Shown: one piece after another, positions 47,868 through 64,000 of the stretch | How the letters are laid out: every line of letters starts with the position of its first letter | Position numbering within the stretch: the stretch's first letter is position 1 | Source: Ranitomeya imitator | Taxonomy: Eukaryota | DNA length: 64,000 nucleotides | NCBI RefSeq assembly: GCF_032444005.1 | Contig: NC_091289.1 | Span: forward strand, 13,702,001-13,766,000 | Direction: 5' to 3' | The notes under the pieces: model-generated | What the model was told of the DNA's origin: nothing | The model's database searches: none | What the model saw: the letters and a program-made list of their open reading frames with translations, nothing else | Program-made: the position numbers and the translations under genes

Positions 47868-49423
47868 TTAAAATGACAGGACCAGTACTTCTCAGTAATA
47901 AAGGTAACCAGGACCTTTAATTTATTAAGCAAAGCAATGATTAAATGGCAAAAATGTCATCATAGGTCACCGGGTATGTAGCAGAGATGGCAGACTCAGA
48001 CGGATGAGCAGCGCCCCTTGTTACTAATTATTAATCATATCCTCAGGAGGTTACCCGGATACTTTAAGGAAGCCTCATGCCTCTTTCTGCAATTTTGCTA
48101 TAAAACCCCCAGTATGGAGACACCCTGACAAATAGGGAGGAACAGAACGCCTCAAGACATTTGGGGGCTGCTTCTCTTCATTTATAGAGTAGATCCATCC
48201 CCAATTATTTCTCCTTGCGGGTTTTTAGCTATTCATAAAAAAAGTAATCCTGTAATCCTCCTGTAATTAGAATTGTAATGTTTGCATGTGTCGGGGACCC
48301 CGGTCCTGAGACCCCTACTGATCGCCCAGACCACCGTGCAGCTCCTGCATAAGAGCATACAGGATCGTTAGAGCCCATGGGTCTGTGCACTGCGGAAAGC
48401 GCAGGCGGGAGGGAGCTGAGGGGGTCTGCACTGCATTCTCAGCAATCGGTGGGGTCTTCAGGCCTGGATCCCATCTGGGGATATTGAGATGTTTCGCCAT
48501 CGGGGTTCTCTCAGTCGCTAAGAAACTCTGGAACAAAGCCCTGGTATTTGCATGGGGCACAAGTGCAACACCAGAAATTCAGGGTAACCCCTTTAAATCG
48601 GATCCTGTTTGGCGGGTTCATTAGTTGTCAACCGCCCTTTAAAAAGGAGCTGTCCACAAACAATATGGAAAGTGATAAACTAAAAAAATAAATAAATATT
48701 TAACCAATAAATCCCCCACAGCTGCAGCGCCACAGTCCCTGCTGGTCTCGGTTCACATTACTGCAGCGTTTATGTGCTGTGCAACCACGTGACAGCTGCA
48801 GCCAATCCCTGTCATGTATATCTGTGTGGCTGGTGATTGGTTGCAGCAATCACATGATCGCTGCAGTAAAGCGAACACCGACAGGAGGAAGTGGCGCAGC
48901 GGCGCCTGGAGCCGCGAGGGACGTAGGACAGTATTCCTTTATTCTAGGACACTGCCAGCTGTGAGACATTTCTCCTGAGATCCTAGACCATCCCTTTAAG
49001 TGTCGCATCTTTGCACACGGTCACCTCTGTGCGGCACCGTATGGCGGAAGCGCCCCGGGGTCGTAACCTGCACTCAGCTTCGAATTCTGCACCTTCTCTG
49101 AAGTCCCCTGCATTGGGCGTCATGTGACCGATACGACAGTCATGTGACCAGTACGCCAGTCATGTGACCCCCTACACCAGTCATGTGACCCCATTTTAGG
49201 TGGCACCCTAACCCCCACCCATAAAAGTGAGGTGTGAGCACCCTGCGGTGCCAGTGCCGCCCCATCCTCCCCCTAGTGACCAGTGCTGGTATCACCACAT
49301 AGAGGGGCACAGCTGGCCCCTCTCTCCCCTCCCTGCCCCCCAGCTGTGCCCACTCACTGCTATGCAACCCCTCCCCCATCACGTATCCCCGTCATTCCCA
49401 CCACACCCCGCCGCTTATCTCAC

Positions 49424-49780
49424 CAAACAGGGACGAAACTGTGTCCCCCAAGCCGCCAGCAGCGCCGCACGGTCCCGGTGGTAGGCGGCGCTAATCACCC
49501 CGAGCGCTCCACCTCCGCCAGCCTCTCCACCGACTGCCTACACAGGAAGTGCTGCGCTCCTTCTTACGTCACTTCCGCTAGGCAGTGCGGACGCTATGAC
49601 AACATTCGAAGGCGGGGCATGGGCCTCGATGGGGGCGGGTCTGCTTTTCTGACCACACCCCCACGTTGTGGGCGAGGCTGAGACTGGAGAAGCTCGCATT
49701 GGTCACGTGGTGTAGTATAAACAACCGTCTGCGGCTGCGCGATGTATGCTGTGCTACTACAAGTCCCAGCAAGGGGTTAC
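49424..49780 (-). promoter_or_regulatory. CpG-island promoter and probable non-coding exon 1 of arih2
   Basis: CpG-dense, with a minus-strand donor TG|GTGAGA at 49424/49423. Motifs: ETS (ACTTCCG, AGGAAGT), TTACGTCA, GC boxes, GTCACGTG and a ZNF143-type ACTACAAGTCCCAGCA (49756-49771). Confidence 0.65.
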
Positions 49781-50255
49781 GTTCCTTAACCCCTCAGATG
49801 CCGGGCTCTATTGGCCTTTAGAACGTTTTATTCCATTATTTCCCATTGCAGATTTTGCAGAGCTGTAACTTTAAGGTTTTTTTCTCAGCAGCAAATTTAG
49901 ATTTTTTTTTTGTTCCTCCTCGTCTTCCTCTGACAGAGATTTTATTGCTTCGTCAATTGTGGCGCTTGCGTTTGGGTTGGCTACGACCCCGTGGGTTTCC
50001 CTGACGATCGTATCCTTGGTGATGGCAGAACACCGCCATAAAGCGCTGCATCGCGTCATCGTCCTCCGCCCGTCACTCTCTGGTGGTGACGTCTCCGCCC
50101 CAAACTCCTCACGACCCCTGAACTGTGGGACCCCGGCCCCCGGGGTTCAAGGTGTTCGGCCCTCGCTCCTGTCCTACATACTGGGAATTCAGATCTTCCT
50201 CCGATCCCTCTGACTGGATCCACCACCGGACGGCGGCCCATACCAGGGCTCAGGG

Positions 50256-51215
50256 GGGTCATCCTGGCCACGGACAGCCTCTCACAGCGGGTCATCCTGG
50301 CCACGGATAGCCTCTCACAGCGGGTCATCCTGGCCACGGGCAGCCTCTCACAGCGGGTCATCCTGGCCACAGCCTCTCACAGCGGGTCATCCTGGCCACA
50401 GCCTCTCACAGCGGGTCATCCTGGCCACGGGCAGCCTCTCACAGCGGGTCATCCTGGCCACGGATAGCCTCTCACAGCGGGTCATCCTGGCCACAGCCTC
50501 TCACAGCGGGTCATCCTGGCCACGGGCAGCCTCTCACAGCGGGTCATCCTGGCCACGGATAGCCTCTCACAGCGGGTCATCCTGGCCACAGCCTCTCACA
50601 GCGGGTCATCCTGGTCATGGATAGCCTCTCACAGCGGGTCATCCTGACCACGGACAGCCTCTCACAGCGGGTCATCCTGGCCACGGACAGCCTCTCACAG
50701 CGGGTCATCCTGGTCATGGATAGCCTCTCACAGCGGGTCATCCTGACCACGGACAGCCTCTCACAGCGGGTCATCCTGGCCACGGATAGCCTCTCACAGC
50801 GGGTCATCCTGGCCACGGACAGCCTCTCACAGCGGGTCATCCTGGCCACGGATAGCCTCTCACAGCGGGTCATCCTGACCACGGATAGCCTCACAGCGGG
50901 TCATCTTGGCCACGGATAGCCTCTCACAGCGGGTCATCCTGACCACGGACAGCCTCTCACAGCGGGTCATCCTGGCCACGGACAGCCTCTCACAGCGGGT
51001 CATCCTGGCCACGGACAGCCTCTCACAGCGGGTCATCCTGGCCACGGACAGCCTCTCGCAGCGGGTCATCCTGGCCACGGACAGCCTCTCATAGCGGGTC
51101 ATCCTGGCCACGGACAGCCTCTCACAGCGGGTCATCCTGCACACGGATAACTTTTTAGAGCGGGTCATCCTGTACACGGGTAGTTTCTCGGAGTTGGTCA
51201 TCCTGCCCACAGAAG
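50256..51215. repeat. 33-bp minisatellite (about 29 copies, with 29-bp variants) downstream of the GDI gene
   Basis: Unit GGTCATCCTGGCCACGGACAGCCTCTCACAGCG. Confidence 0.95.
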
Positions 51216-51325
51216 GCTCATCTCTGCCTCCTAGTGTCCACAGCAATACCCAAAATCATATTATTATCGTAAGTGTGATTAAAAAAGGATTTCACATAAA
51301 AAAAAAAATGAATCAAAACTTTTTT

Positions 51326-51356
51326 TTTATTAAATGCAAATATAAAATGATTTATT
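51326..51356 (-). terminator. Candidate poly(A) signals of the GDI-like gene
   Basis: Minus-strand AATAAA at 51351-51356 and 51326-51331, 150-180 nt after the stop codon. Confidence 0.4.
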
Positions 51357-51503
51357 ACATGACATTACATGTACAAACTATGTACAAAACTCCGTCATGG
51401 GACTGTTCCAGCAAGCAAGAAAATCATCGTCCGCAGAAAATGGAATACAATAAAGGCATTAAAAAAATGCAAATATTAATCTCCAGACTGAGTTAATGTC
51501 ATG

Positions 51504-63925
<12,422 letters not shown>

Positions 63926-64000
63926 CTGAAAAGTAGAGTATAAGTCACATTACTTACTAAAATACTGTTCTCCATGTACAAAAATATAATACTGCCCCTA

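Noticed and set aside
50256-51215. Frame QDDPL(TGA)EAVRG read as a poly-selenocysteine or readthrough protein
   Set aside because: One unit has TAA, the 29-bp units break the frame, and no SECIS-like element was identified.

Overview
Vertebrate genomic DNA, almost certainly from a frog (anuran), judged from the gene sequences and frog-type Tc1, DIRS, MITE and V-SINE repeats. The species cannot be fixed from sequence alone. There are four intron-containing genes, which I assembled by hand from GT-AG exons. (1) crescent/frzb2, a secreted Frizzled-related protein: + strand, 4 coding exons, 1152-9888, complete, about 302 aa. (2) p4htm: - strand, only exons 1-2 are in the window. No exon 3 was found down to base 1, so crescent appears to lie antisense inside p4htm intron 2. 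(3) arih2: - strand, 14 coding exons, complete, 492 aa, with three uORFs and a CpG-island promoter near 49.4-49.8 kb. (4) A divergent Rab-GDI paralogue: - strand, exons 3-11, running off the window end. The introns hold one Tc1 with an intact 340-aa DD34E transposase, five decayed Tc1 copies, and a full-length but coding-dead DIRS retroelement inserted into the catalytic region of a young Tc1. They also hold many TWA- and TTAA-target MITEs, a 2.6-kb palindromic element with three CTCF-consensus motifs, a V-SINE, a Penelope-like insert with a degenerate hammerhead motif, and seven tandem arrays. Most long ORFs in the supplied track are tandem-repeat artefacts. I found no CRISPR array, rRNA or tRNA gene, and no evidence for a wholly new biological system. 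The best leads are the nested gene, the GDI paralogue and the transposon nesting.
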